Both the position numbers and the translations under genes were made by a program. This document shows, in pieces, positions 9,417 to 18,471 of a stretch of 64,000 bases of DNA. Where the stretch lies: contig JADGNO010000163.1 of the NCBI GenBank assembly GCA_017883405.1, forward strand, positions 24,524-88,523, in the 5' to 3' direction. The notes below the pieces were generated by a model, which saw only the letters and a program-made list of their open reading frames with translations, ran no database searches and was not told the origin of the DNA. Origin of the DNA: Terracidiphilus sp. GTDB taxonomy: Bacteria > Acidobacteriota > Terriglobia > Terriglobales > Acidobacteriaceae. Within the stretch, counting starts at the first letter, position 1. Each line of letters starts with the position of its first letter.

Positions 9417-10733
9417 ATGCGAGCAAAGACTGCTGTAGTGCTGGGCGCCCAGTGGGGCGATGAAGGTAAAGGAAAAATTGTTGACGTGCTCAGCGAGCGG
9501 TTTTCCGCAGTGGCGCGCTATGCCGGAGGACACAATGCCGGCCACACCGTCATCATCGGCGGCCAGAAATTTGTGTTGCAGCTTATACCCTGCGGTGTAT
9601 TGCGCCCCGGCTGTAAAGGCATTATCGGCAACGGCGTCGTGCTTGACCCGCTGGCCTTCTTGAAAGAAGTTTCGCACCTGCGCGAGCTCGGAGTGGCCAT
9701 CGATGGGCAGTTGTTTGTTTCCACCCGCACCCAGGTAATTCTGCCTTATCACCGCATGATCGAGCTGGCGGCGGAGAGCGCGCCGGGACGCATGAAGATC
9801 GGCACTACCAGCCGCGGCATCGGACCCGCCTACGAGGACAAGATGGCGCGCAGCGGTTTGCGGATTGTGGATTTGCTGCATTCTGAACTGCTGAAGACCC
9901 ATATTGAGGCCGCCTGCGCTGAGAAGAACGCGATTGCGCATGCCCTCTTCGGCACCGATCCATTGGACCCGGTGAAGATGTACGACGAGTACGCAGCAGC
10001 AGCGGAACAGGTGCGTCCCTTTGCAGCCGACACCGGCCGGATGCTGAATAACATCCTGGCGCAGGGCGGCAGCATTATGTTCGAAGGCGCACAAGGAACA
10101 ATGCTCGACATTGACCACGGCACCTATCCTTACGTGACGTCGTCCTCTGCGACAGCGGGCGGCGCTTCGACCGGTACCGGCGTTGGGCCCACCGCCATCG
10201 GAACCGTGATCTCCGTGACCAAGGCTTATGTGACGCGCGTTGGCGGCGGTCCATTCCCCACTGAAATTCACGACGCCGCGGGCGAGGAGTTGCGCGCGCG
10301 GGGCAATGAGTACGGCGCTGTCACTGGCCGCCCACGCCGCTGCGGTTGGCTCGATATTCCCATGCTTCGCTACTCGAACCAGGTAAACGGAGCGGAGTGG
10401 CTCGTGATCACCAAGCTTGACGTGCTGGATACGCTTGAAGAGATTCCGATCTGCATCGGGTATGAGGTTGACGGCAAGGTTACCGACGAAGTTCCTGCGG
10501 ATGTGCAGGGGCTGGAGCGCATTAAGCCGAGGTACACCACGCTGAAGGGCTGGCGCCAATCTACCGAGGGAATCACTGATTTTGAGAAGCTGCCAAAGGC
10601 TGCGCAGGAGTATTTGCGCTTCCAGGAGCGCGAGAGCGGCGCCCGCATCGGCATGGTCTCAACCGGACCCGATCGCGACCAGACAATGCTGCTGCCAGAC
10701 TTTGCAGCTGCGCTGGACAGCATTCACAAGTAG
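9417..10733 (+). CDS. purA: Adenylosuccinate synthetase
   Basis: GAQWGDEGKGK, GGHNAGHT, FEGAQG, GTYPYVTSS, TGRPRRCGW. Confidence 0.98.
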   Translation: MRAKTAVVLGAQWGDEGKGKIVDVLSERFSAVARYAGGHNAGHTVIIGGQKFVLQLIPCGVLRPGCKGIIGNGVVLDPLAFLKEVSHLRELGVAIDGQLFVSTRTQVILPYHRMIELAAESAPGRMKIGTTSRGIGPAYEDKMARSGLRIVDLLHSELLKTHIEAACAEKNAIAHALFGTDPLDPVKMYDEYAAAAEQVRPFAADTGRMLNNILAQGGSIMFEGAQGTMLDIDHGTYPYVTSSSATAGGASTGTGVGPTAIGTVISVTKAYVTRVGGGPFPTEIHDAAGEELRARGNEYGAVTGRPRRCGWLDIPMLRYSNQVNGAEWLVITKLDVLDTLEEIPICIGYEVDGKVTDEVPADVQGLERIKPRYTTLKGWRQSTEGITDFEKLPKAAQEYLRFQERESGARIGMVSTGPDRDQTMLLPDFAAALDSIHK

Positions 10734-10794
10734 ACTGAGAAGAAATACGAGTAGACTATGGGCTCCTAAGCCCTGGCAGAAGGATTTTGTTCCT

Positions 10795-11082
10795 ATGGTC
10801 AGTTTCGTCGTCCGTTTTAAATTTGCCCCCGAAGACCGCGCTGAAATGGCAGAAGCCGTAAGGATTCTTGCTGCTGAATCTCGGCGCGAACCGGGCTGCG
10901 TTTCCTACATTCCCCACCACTCTGAAGAAGATCCGAACACCATCGTCATCTACGAGCAGTATCGTGACGAGCAATCCCTGGCGGCACATCGTGAGAGCCC
11001 GCACTTCAAGAAGTATGGGGTTGGTGGGCTTTTGCAAAGGATGAAAGACCGCAGCATGGAAAACCTGGTCGCTCTCGATTGA
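10795..11082 (+). CDS. ABM-family (putative quinol monooxygenase) protein
   Basis: SRREPGC..Y, YEQY, AHRESPHF motifs; ATG 10795. Confidence 0.85.
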   Translation: MVSFVVRFKFAPEDRAEMAEAVRILAAESRREPGCVSYIPHHSEEDPNTIVIYEQYRDEQSLAAHRESPHFKKYGVGGLLQRMKDRSMENLVALD

Positions 11083-11230
11083 CGGTCTGCGGAGTCTAAT
11101 TGAGCGTGTATACCGGAAGGCGGATGTACCCCAACGGTAATGCAGTAGGACGCACTGGAGCGGTATTCACTAATTCCACTTTGTCCCCATTGACCGTCTG
11201 ACCTTTGCGGGGCTACTATCCGATACGTTT

Positions 11231-11782
11231 ATGTCGGGTAAAGTAAACATCCTCTCTGATCATGTCTCCGCTGATCGCCGTATGGCGCTAATGCGATTTC
11301 TGTTAATTGCGCTCATTGCGCTATTCAGCGCCGGCCTGCTTCAGGCCGGGCAAAACAAACCCAAAAAGCACGACCTTCGCCGCGAGATCTTTGACCTGGA
11401 AGACGCGTGGCGCAATGCGGCGCTCAAATCCGACACCACCGCAATGAGCGCCCTGCTGGCTGATGATTACATGGCCATCACCGCTTCAGGCATGCTGCAA
11501 ACCAAGCAGGAAGCGCTGGCAAACATGCGGGCTCAACGGATGCACCTCACTGTGCTGACTCTGCTGGATCGCAAGGTCCGCTTCTACGGAACGACTGCGC
11601 TCGTTACGTCGCTTGCAGAAGTGCAAGGCACAAATGCTGAGGGAGACATCTCAGGCAGTTTCCGCTACACACGCGTCTACGTCCGGGACAGCCAGGGCAG
11701 ATGGAAGATTGTGAGCTTCGAGAGCAGCAAGTTGCGTCCGAACTTCGAACACAAAAAGGATTCGGGTCCCTCTGGGGAGTAA
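11231..11782 (+). CDS. Secreted NTF2-like (DUF4440-type) protein
   Basis: Signal peptide (true start probably 11282 or 11291); LLADDY, VRFYG..A, RYTRVY..GRWKIV pattern. Confidence 0.78.
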   Translation: MSGKVNILSDHVSADRRMALMRFLLIALIALFSAGLLQAGQNKPKKHDLRREIFDLEDAWRNAALKSDTTAMSALLADDYMAITASGMLQTKQEALANMRAQRMHLTVLTLLDRKVRFYGTTALVTSLAEVQGTNAEGDISGSFRYTRVYVRDSQGRWKIVSFESSKLRPNFEHKKDSGPSGE

Positions 11783-12097
11783 CTCTCCACGGGTTACTCG
11801 CGTTATGCCATTTAATTACTATTTTCCAGCCTTCAATTCAACCAGAATGGGTAGCCGCATTTCGGTTCTGATATATAGGACCTGTAGGCAAGGTATCGGG
11901 ATCGTATTCCAACACGATCCTACGGTGCCGATGACCCCTCAATTGCTTTCAGTAATAGAACGTTTTTGTTTCCCTTCCTTTCTGCACGTCTTTGCTTTGG
12001 AAATGCATTTCCGAATGAGATGTAGGCTGGACCGCTGCGATGCAGGTTCAGCAAGACCGTGCGTAATCGCGGTCAGATCGGACCTGGGGGCATTCGG

Positions 12098-12439
12098 ATG
12101 AGACCGGCACAGCTTGCGACTCTCAAATTCTTCGCGCTTTTGTTTCTGCTGCCTGGCCTGGCAGGTCTGATCGTGTCTGCAACGATTTCGACCAGTTACC
12201 TGGAGAAAATGCCGAGGGTACCAGTGATCTCTGAAGACCGCGTGGTTCCTCGCGAAATTCACGGCATTGTCGTTTATCAAACAAAAGAAGAAGACAAAAA
12301 GCTGAGTTCGATTGAGTACTGGTCGGTGGGAGTGTTCGTGGTCGGGCTTGGACTTGGGCTGGTGTTCCTGGAAAAGTGGGGAGCCACGCAGGCTCGCTAC
12401 GGCGAAGACGACGACGAGTTGGCGGAAGATCGCTCCTAG
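12098..12439 (+). CDS. Hypothetical 2-TM membrane protein
   Basis: Two TM helices and acidic tail; ATG 12098. Confidence 0.65.
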   Translation: MRPAQLATLKFFALLFLLPGLAGLIVSATISTSYLEKMPRVPVISEDRVVPREIHGIVVYQTKEEDKKLSSIEYWSVGVFVVGLGLGLVFLEKWGATQARYGEDDDELAEDRS

Positions 12440-12487
12440 CATTCACCCGCTGCGTGCGCGCCATCGCTCATCTCCTACAATTGAGAC

Positions 12488-13339
12488 ATGCCAGAGCTGC
12501 CCGAAGTGGAGACCATTGCGCGGGGCGTACATGCGCGCGTGCGCGGAGACCGCATTGTTCATGTGTGGTTTGCTGCGCATCCCAGGCTGTTCAAGGCGCC
12601 AGCGGCTCGGCAAGCCAAAAGTCTTTTGGGGCGTGTACTGGTCGCGGTGCATCGCACCGGCAAGCACATTGTTTGCGAGCTTGCAGCCCTTCCAAAAGGA
12701 AAACTGCGCGCAGGCGATGAGCTGCCACCGGATACGCAGTGGATCGTGCATCTGGGCATGACGGGGCGATTGCTTGTGACCACGCCCGACGCACCGGTCG
12801 CCCCGCATACGCATGCGCGACTCGAGCTTGAGAGTGGCAAGGAACTGCGCTTCGTCGATCCGCGGCGATTCGGCAAACTCGACTTTCGCGATCTTGCCCG
12901 CGGAGAGGCATTCAATGCCGCAGGCGCGGAACCTCTCGAGGTTGAGCAGGAAGTATTCACGGCAATCTTTCGCGGCAGGCGGCTGGCAATCAAAGCAGCG
13001 CTGCTGAATCAATCTCTGCTGTCCGGGGTGGGAAACATCTATGCGGACGAGAGCCTGTTCCACGCCGGTATTCGACCGCGCCGCAGTGCAGGCCGGCTGA
13101 CTAAGACTGAGCTTGAACGGCTCAGGGTAGCTTTGAAATCTGTATTGGAACACGCAATCCGGTTGGGTGGGTCGTCGGTTTCAGACTACGTGGACGCCGA
13201 CGGAATGCCGGGATTCTTTCAGCTTGAGCATTGCGTCTACTTGCGCACCGGGCTGCCCTGTAGAACCTGCAAGACCCCAATTCGCAGAATTATTCTGGCT
13301 GGCCGGGGAACCCATTTCTGCCCAAATTGCCAGCGATAA
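12488..13339 (+). CDS. mutM: Formamidopyrimidine-DNA glycosylase
   Basis: MPELPEVE, HLGMTG, DPRRFG, GVGNIYADE, C-terminal zinc finger. Confidence 0.97.
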   Translation: MPELPEVETIARGVHARVRGDRIVHVWFAAHPRLFKAPAARQAKSLLGRVLVAVHRTGKHIVCELAALPKGKLRAGDELPPDTQWIVHLGMTGRLLVTTPDAPVAPHTHARLELESGKELRFVDPRRFGKLDFRDLARGEAFNAAGAEPLEVEQEVFTAIFRGRRLAIKAALLNQSLLSGVGNIYADESLFHAGIRPRRSAGRLTKTELERLRVALKSVLEHAIRLGGSSVSDYVDADGMPGFFQLEHCVYLRTGLPCRTCKTPIRRIILAGRGTHFCPNCQR

Positions 13340-13470
13340 AACAGCCGACTATGGTTTTTTGAATTATTCGCCCTTCCGCATACTGGAATCCAAAATTCTG
13401 AGCGTCAGATTGAACCGTAAATGATTGAAAATAAATAATCGTGCGAACGGCCCACCAATTGCTATCAGAA

Positions 13471-13675
13471 GGGTGCCAGTGATGTACCGGCTGCCGTAAA
13501 TCGGTAAGCCAAGAACAGCAGGCCCCGGCAAGAGCCACCGCCAAAGAGCGGACCCGCAAAGGGTAAACCGGCCGGATAACCTGCAAAAGGTGCGGCGGAC
13601 AACCGCCGGCCGAATGATTCGGGAGGCCAGTGGCCACGCAGGACCGAGACGCCGCTCCATTTGGAGCGGCGTTTT
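13471..13675 (+). ncRNA. Candidate multi-hairpin small RNA
   Basis: Seven consecutive short hairpins with mostly A-rich/CAA loops, an AT-rich upstream tract with a weak promoter-like motif, and an intrinsic terminator; no credible ORF. Confidence 0.5.
13649..13675 (+). terminator. Rho-independent terminator
   Basis: ACGCCGCTCC-ATTT-GGAGCGGCGT stem followed by T run. Confidence 0.75.
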
Positions 13676-13756
13676 GAGCTTCAGAGGCGTTTGGCCCTAA
13701 GTTCTGAAGTTCCGATTTTCCGCAGAATCCGGCCCACCAGGACTCCGAAAGTACAC

Positions 13757-13785
13757 TTGCCAGCTTGAGGGCTTCGCTGTAGTAT
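13757..13785 (+). promoter_or_regulatory. Sigma70 promoter
   Basis: TTGCCA-17 nt-TAGTAT. Confidence 0.6.
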
Positions 13786-14384
13786 CGGAGTTGCCTATCA
13801 AAGCGGCTGACGCGGGCCACCCGGATATGGGGAGAGCAAGCTCGCCGCCGAGCAAGGAAATCGCCGGCCAGTTCAATTCATACATCGTTGTACGCGGCGA
13901 TAGCTCGCATAGGAAACGCATCACCTGAGAAAATTGTACGTCGCACCGTTTCGATCCTGATCAGTGGACGAAGCTGGATAAAGGGATTCTGTGTACACTT
14001 CAGCGACAGCATTTTTCAGAGTGAGATTTGGTTTTTAGGCCAGGGGATCTGGACCGATGGGGCCTGATTGTTTGCAGGTTTGTAAGCGCTGCGGTTCGAT
14101 TCCTGGTGTGTGAGAAACGGGGCCTGTGAAGTTCACCCGAATGCTGAACAGAACCGGTTCAACGATGCTCAAAACGTCAAGCAATGAGAGAGCGCTGCGT
14201 GCAGATATTTACGGCGCGATGGTTTCGCGGCGCAAGCTGGCAGCTCCGATCTCCATTAAACAGCCCGCTGAGGATTTGCGAAGTAAGTGAACTTGAAAAG
14301 CTCGGCGTGTTACTGCTAGAGCGGGACCCGGCAACATATGAAATTGGATAGCGAAGCTTCAGAAGTAAATCAGGAAGTATAAGC

Positions 14385-15305
14385 ATGACGACAGAAACAA
14401 CCCAGCCCCAACCTGAAATGGGGCCCGCGCCTGACAACGGTCAGGCGTCTCAAGCGCCAACTCCAGGGCATCGCCGCCGGCGCCGGCGCCGTAAAAATAG
14501 ATCGAGCCAACAGAATGCGCAGCAGGGCCAACAGCCCCAGGTGCAGCAGCCGCAGCAAGCTGCGCCGCCGCCGCAACCGCACGCGCCCCCCCAACCGCCG
14601 CAGCATCGACAGAACCAGCAGCACCAGAATCAGCCGCGCAAAAAGAAGAAATTTTTTCAGAAAAGCGCCGGCCCTCCGCCTCAGCCCGGCAACAGCATCT
14701 CGAATTCCCAGCACGGCAAGCGCAAGGGTAAACAGCGCGGCCCGCGCGAGTTTGTCGGTCCCATGGACCACAGTTATCGCATTGCGAACGGCAATGTGGC
14801 CGATGGACCGCCCTCCACAATCCAAATGAACACCAATGGCGGCGGAGGTTATTACCCCGAGGTTCACGCACCAACGCCGGCTCCGGTTCGTCTCAATGCT
14901 CCAACCCGCATCTTCTGTTTCATCGAAGACCTTTTCTTCCAGGCAAAGATTTCTGAAACCGCGCGCAAACTTGGCATCAAGGTCGAATTCCTCAAGGGTG
15001 ACAAGGAATCCATCGCGAGACTGCTGGAGTTGCCTGAAGGGGAACGCCCCACGCTGCTGGTATTTGATCTGAATAACCTGAATGCAAAACCGCTGATTTT
15101 GATTCCAAAATTCAGATCAAAGCTGAAGAAGGCCACTTCAATCATCGGCTTCCTCAGCCACCTGCAGGGCGACTTGAAATTAAAGGCTGTTGAAGCGGGC
15201 TGCGACACCGTGATGCCACGGTCCGCGTTCTCGCAGAGTCTTCCGAACCTGCTGCGCCGCTACGGCGTTGAAGAGGAAGAAGAATACGCACAGCAGCCAA
15301 TGTAA
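14385..15305 (+). CDS. Arg/Gln/Pro-rich disordered N-terminus fused to atypical receiver (REC) domain
   Basis: HRRRRRRRK and RKKKK basic tracts, Q/P-rich region; C-terminal IFCFIED...LLVFDL...IIGFLSH...AVEAGCD receiver pattern. Confidence 0.8.
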   Translation: MTTETTQPQPEMGPAPDNGQASQAPTPGHRRRRRRRKNRSSQQNAQQGQQPQVQQPQQAAPPPQPHAPPQPPQHRQNQQHQNQPRKKKKFFQKSAGPPPQPGNSISNSQHGKRKGKQRGPREFVGPMDHSYRIANGNVADGPPSTIQMNTNGGGGYYPEVHAPTPAPVRLNAPTRIFCFIEDLFFQAKISETARKLGIKVEFLKGDKESIARLLELPEGERPTLLVFDLNNLNAKPLILIPKFRSKLKKATSIIGFLSHLQGDLKLKAVEAGCDTVMPRSAFSQSLPNLLRRYGVEEEEEYAQQPM

Positions 15306-15480
15306 AGATACAGGGAATAGGGAACAGAAAAGCAAAAGGGCGCATCGCGATAGATGCGCCCTTTGCTTTATTGAGTCAATTTCCAATTTTCCGGTGCAGG
15401 TGAATTGATTACGACCGCGCGTCGCTCTCTGATCGTTAATAACTGTTCCCTTATCCCATTCCCTGTTCCCTGTATCTTTA
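15303..15480. repeat. 22-bp imperfect inverted repeat bracketing a convergent intergenic region
   Basis: TAAAGATACAGGGAATAGGGAA (15303-15324) versus reverse complement of 15459-15480, one mismatch. Confidence 0.7.
15329..15369. terminator. Bidirectional intrinsic terminator
   Basis: AAAGCAAAAGGGCGCATC-loop-GATGCGCCCTTTGCTTT between convergent genes. Confidence 0.8.
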
Positions 15481-15816
15481 CCCTGGTGGCCAGGTGAGCG
15501 GGCGGCCGCCTAGCATGTGCAGGTGCAGATGATCGACAGTCTGCCCGCCGTCCTCGCCCGTGTTGACGACTACGCGGTAGCCCTTTCCGAGGCCTTTCTT
15601 CTCTGCAATGTCGGCTGCCACCCAGAGTAGATGACCCAGCAGTTCGCGCTTGTCGTTGTTTGCGTCGTTGAGCGAGGCAATGTGCTCGCGCGGAACGATC
15701 AGCAAATGCACCGGCGCTTTTGGATTGATGTCGGAAAACGCAAAGGCGAGTTCATCCTGATAAACCGCCTGCGCAGGAATGGTTCCTTCAATGATTTTGC
15801 AGAAGAGGCAACTCAT
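15478..15816 (-). CDS. Histidine triad (HIT/HinT-like) nucleotide-binding protein
   Basis: CLFCKI, DINPKAPVH, GQTVDHLHLH. Confidence 0.93.
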   Translation of the reverse strand: MSCLFCKIIEGTIPAQAVYQDELAFAFSDINPKAPVHLLIVPREHIASLNDANNDKRELLGHLLWVAADIAEKKGLGKGYRVVVNTGEDGGQTVDHLHLHMLGGRPLTWPPG

Positions 15817-15909
15817 GGCGTGACCAGTGTACACGCACGGTCAGAGCAGGGAAATGTCTGCGTACCCGCTTGCGTCTGCCCGCATCTGATTTCAGCTTAG
15901 AATTGAATC

Positions 15910-18057
15910 ATGGTTTCCGCGTCGGCAGCTCCATTCCGCATCGTTCATACCGTCTGCTCGCACGATTGCCCTGACTCCTGCGCTGTGCTGGTCACGGTAA
16001 ACGGTGATGGCCGCGCGGTGAAGGTAGAAGGCGATTCCTCGCAGCCGGTGACGCAGGGATTTCTCTGCGGCAAAGTTGCCAAGTATCTCGATCGTGTCTA
16101 CTCGCCAGAGCGCATTCTCTATCCGCTTCGCCGCAAGCCGGGGATACCGAAACAAGCGCTGCAACGCGGACACGAACATGAAGCCTTTGAGCGCGTCAGT
16201 TGGGACGAAGCGCTCGATGCGATTGCCGCACGCCTGCAGCAGGTAAGCGATCGTTACGGATCGGAATCGATACTGCCTTACAGCTATGCGGGCACCATTG
16301 GTGTGCTTGGCTACGGATCGATGGACCGGCGTTTCTTTCACCGGATGGGCGCCAGCAGGCTTGACCGAACCATATGCTCTGAGGCGGGCGGTGTGGCGTG
16401 GAATACGGTCTATGGAAAAAAGCTGGGTACGCCGGCGGAAGATTTTCGACTGGCAAAATTGATCCTGGCGTGGGGCGCCAACATCCACGGAAATAATGTG
16501 CATTTGTGGCCGATGATCGAGCAGGCACGCCGCAACGGTGCGCGGCTCATCGTAATCGATCCGTACCGAACGCGTACTGCCGCACTAGCCGATTGGCATA
16601 TTGCAATTCGCCCTGGAACCGACGCCGCACTGGCGCTGGGCATGATGCACGTGATCCTGAACGAAGGGCTTGAGGATCGCGCTTATATTGACGCGATGAC
16701 GCACGGGTTCAATGAATTAGCGCAGCGGGCGCGCGCATACACGCCTGAACGCGTGGCGGCGTGGACTGGTATGACGGCGGCAGGAGTAGAGCAATTGGCG
16801 CGCGAGTATGCAACCACGCGGCCTGCGGTGCTGCGCTTGAACTACGGCGTGCAGCGCGCTGAACATGGTGGCGCTACAGTGCGCGCCATCGCAATGCTTC
16901 CTGCATTGACCGGTGCGTGGAAATATCGCGGCGGCGGCGGGGTGCTCTCCACCTCCGGCGCATTCAAATGGAACGAAGATGCAGTACGGCGGCCTGATCT
17001 TCAATATGCGTCGCCGCTGGGCCGAGAAGCGCGGTTGGTGAACATGTCAGCGCTCGGGCAGGCACTGACTGAGATTGATTCCCCCGTAAATGCGTTGTTC
17101 GTGTACAACTCAAATCCTGGCGCAGTCGCTCCCAATCACAACACGGTAAAGCGCGGACTTGCGCGCGAAGATCTATTTACCGTGGTGCACGACTTGTTTT
17201 TCACCGACACAACGGACTATGCGGACTACATTCTGCCGGCCACGACGTTTCTTGAGCACACCGATATTCAGGGCGCGTACGGACACTACTTTGTGCAGAT
17301 GTCGAAACAGGCCATTGAGCCGGTAGGCGAATCACGCTCGAACGTGTGGCTGTTCGGCCAGCTTGGGCAACGGATGGGCTTTGCGGAGGAATGCTTCCGC
17401 GACACGCCGGAAGACATCATCCGCCAGGCGCTGGCGATTAGCGAAGATGGCCACTCTGCGAATCCGGAAATGGAGCACATCACCTACGAGGGCCTCGAAG
17501 AACAGGGGCACATTCCGCTCGGTTTCCATCGCGAGCCTGAGGTGAATCCGTTTCTGCCGTACACGTCAGAGACTTTGCCGACTCCGTCCGGCAAAGTCGA
17601 GTTTTATTCTGAAGCGATGGCGGCGGTAGGTCAGGATCCGCTTCCCGCATTTATTCCTCCCACGGAGTCGCGCTGGGGCAAAGCGGCGGAACAGTATCCT
17701 CTGGAGTTGCTGGCACGCAAGGCTGACAACTATATGAACTCCACCTTCGCCAATCTCGACGGACATCGCAAGATGGAAGCGCGCACCAACCAACGGCTTG
17801 AAATGCATCCTGAAGACGCAAAGACGCGAAGTATTGTCGAAGGCGAACGCGTGAAGGTGTTCAACGAGCGTGGATCGTTGCGTTTGACGGTCATGCTGAA
17901 TGCCGATCTGCCCGTGGGCGTGGTGGCAACGCGGCTGGACTGGGCCAAGCTGCATCCAGACGGCCTGAACTCAAATGTGCTGACCAGCGAGCGGCTTACC
18001 GACCTGGGAGCGGGTGCCACTTTCTACTCCACACTTGTTGAAGTTGCGAAAAATTAA
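15910..18057 (+). CDS. Molybdopterin (bis-MGD) oxidoreductase, cytoplasmic, with N-terminal 4Fe-4S cluster
   Basis: CSHDCPDSC...LCGK, WDEALD, DPYRTRTA, PGTDAALALG, ADYILPA, C-terminal MopB binding domain; no Tat signal. Confidence 0.9.
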   Translation: MVSASAAPFRIVHTVCSHDCPDSCAVLVTVNGDGRAVKVEGDSSQPVTQGFLCGKVAKYLDRVYSPERILYPLRRKPGIPKQALQRGHEHEAFERVSWDEALDAIAARLQQVSDRYGSESILPYSYAGTIGVLGYGSMDRRFFHRMGASRLDRTICSEAGGVAWNTVYGKKLGTPAEDFRLAKLILAWGANIHGNNVHLWPMIEQARRNGARLIVIDPYRTRTAALADWHIAIRPGTDAALALGMMHVILNEGLEDRAYIDAMTHGFNELAQRARAYTPERVAAWTGMTAAGVEQLAREYATTRPAVLRLNYGVQRAEHGGATVRAIAMLPALTGAWKYRGGGGVLSTSGAFKWNEDAVRRPDLQYASPLGREARLVNMSALGQALTEIDSPVNALFVYNSNPGAVAPNHNTVKRGLAREDLFTVVHDLFFTDTTDYADYILPATTFLEHTDIQGAYGHYFVQMSKQAIEPVGESRSNVWLFGQLGQRMGFAEECFRDTPEDIIRQALAISEDGHSANPEMEHITYEGLEEQGHIPLGFHREPEVNPFLPYTSETLPTPSGKVEFYSEAMAAVGQDPLPAFIPPTESRWGKAAEQYPLELLARKADNYMNSTFANLDGHRKMEARTNQRLEMHPEDAKTRSIVEGERVKVFNERGSLRLTVMLNADLPVGVVATRLDWAKLHPDGLNSNVLTSERLTDLGAGATFYSTLVEVAKN

Positions 18058-18102
18058 GTTGGCTGCTGCCAAAGGTACCCTCGGCGCTGTAAGCTGTCTG
18101 CC

Positions 18103-18468
18103 ATGAATTGGTGGGACGTTCTTATTGCTTGTGGAATTATCGCGGCATTCCTTATTTATCGGCGCTCCGGGCTCATCTCAGTGAAGGATGCGCAGGAGCA
18201 CCTGAAACATGGTGCACTCGTGATTGATGTGCGCACCGCGGGCGAATTTGTCGCCGGACACTTGCCCATTGCCGTCAATCTTCCGTTAAGCGAAGTTGAA
18301 AGCAACTGGAACCGTCGCATAAAAGATAAAAATCAAGTGCTGCTGCTCCACTGCCAGAGCGGCGTGCGCAGTGGTGCGGCAAAAAAGAAACTAATCGCGC
18401 TCGGCTGCCCGAATACCTACAACATGGGAGGGTACGGACGCGCCGCGCGCATTGTCAGCGGTAAGTAA
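18103..18468 (+). CDS. Membrane-anchored rhodanese-domain protein
   Basis: N-terminal TM; IDVRT..EF..GH, active-site CQSGVRS. Confidence 0.88.
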   Translation: MNWWDVLIACGIIAAFLIYRRSGLISVKDAQEHLKHGALVIDVRTAGEFVAGHLPIAVNLPLSEVESNWNRRIKDKNQVLLLHCQSGVRSGAAKKKLIALGCPNTYNMGGYGRAARIVSGK

Positions 18469-18471
18469 GTA

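Noticed and set aside
9414-10559. Long antisense ORFs (also 60601-61740, 50734-51735, 57050-57955, 8295-9173, 14370-14867)
   Set aside because: Shadows of well-supported genes on the opposite strand, expected in GC-rich DNA
13471-13675. Identification as 6S RNA, tmRNA, SRP RNA, RNase P RNA or c-di-GMP-I riboswitch
   Set aside because: Lacks their hallmark sequences or long-rod structure by eye; an Rfam search is still required
13290-13924. Minus-strand ORFs of 176, 98 and 75 aa in the mutM gap
   Set aside because: No recognisable motifs or RBS, atypical composition, and they overlap a plus-strand terminator and promoter
14039-14107. GGTTCGATTCC T-loop-like motif suggesting a tRNA
   Set aside because: No cloverleaf, D-arm or acceptor stem; the bases pair better within a long leader hairpin
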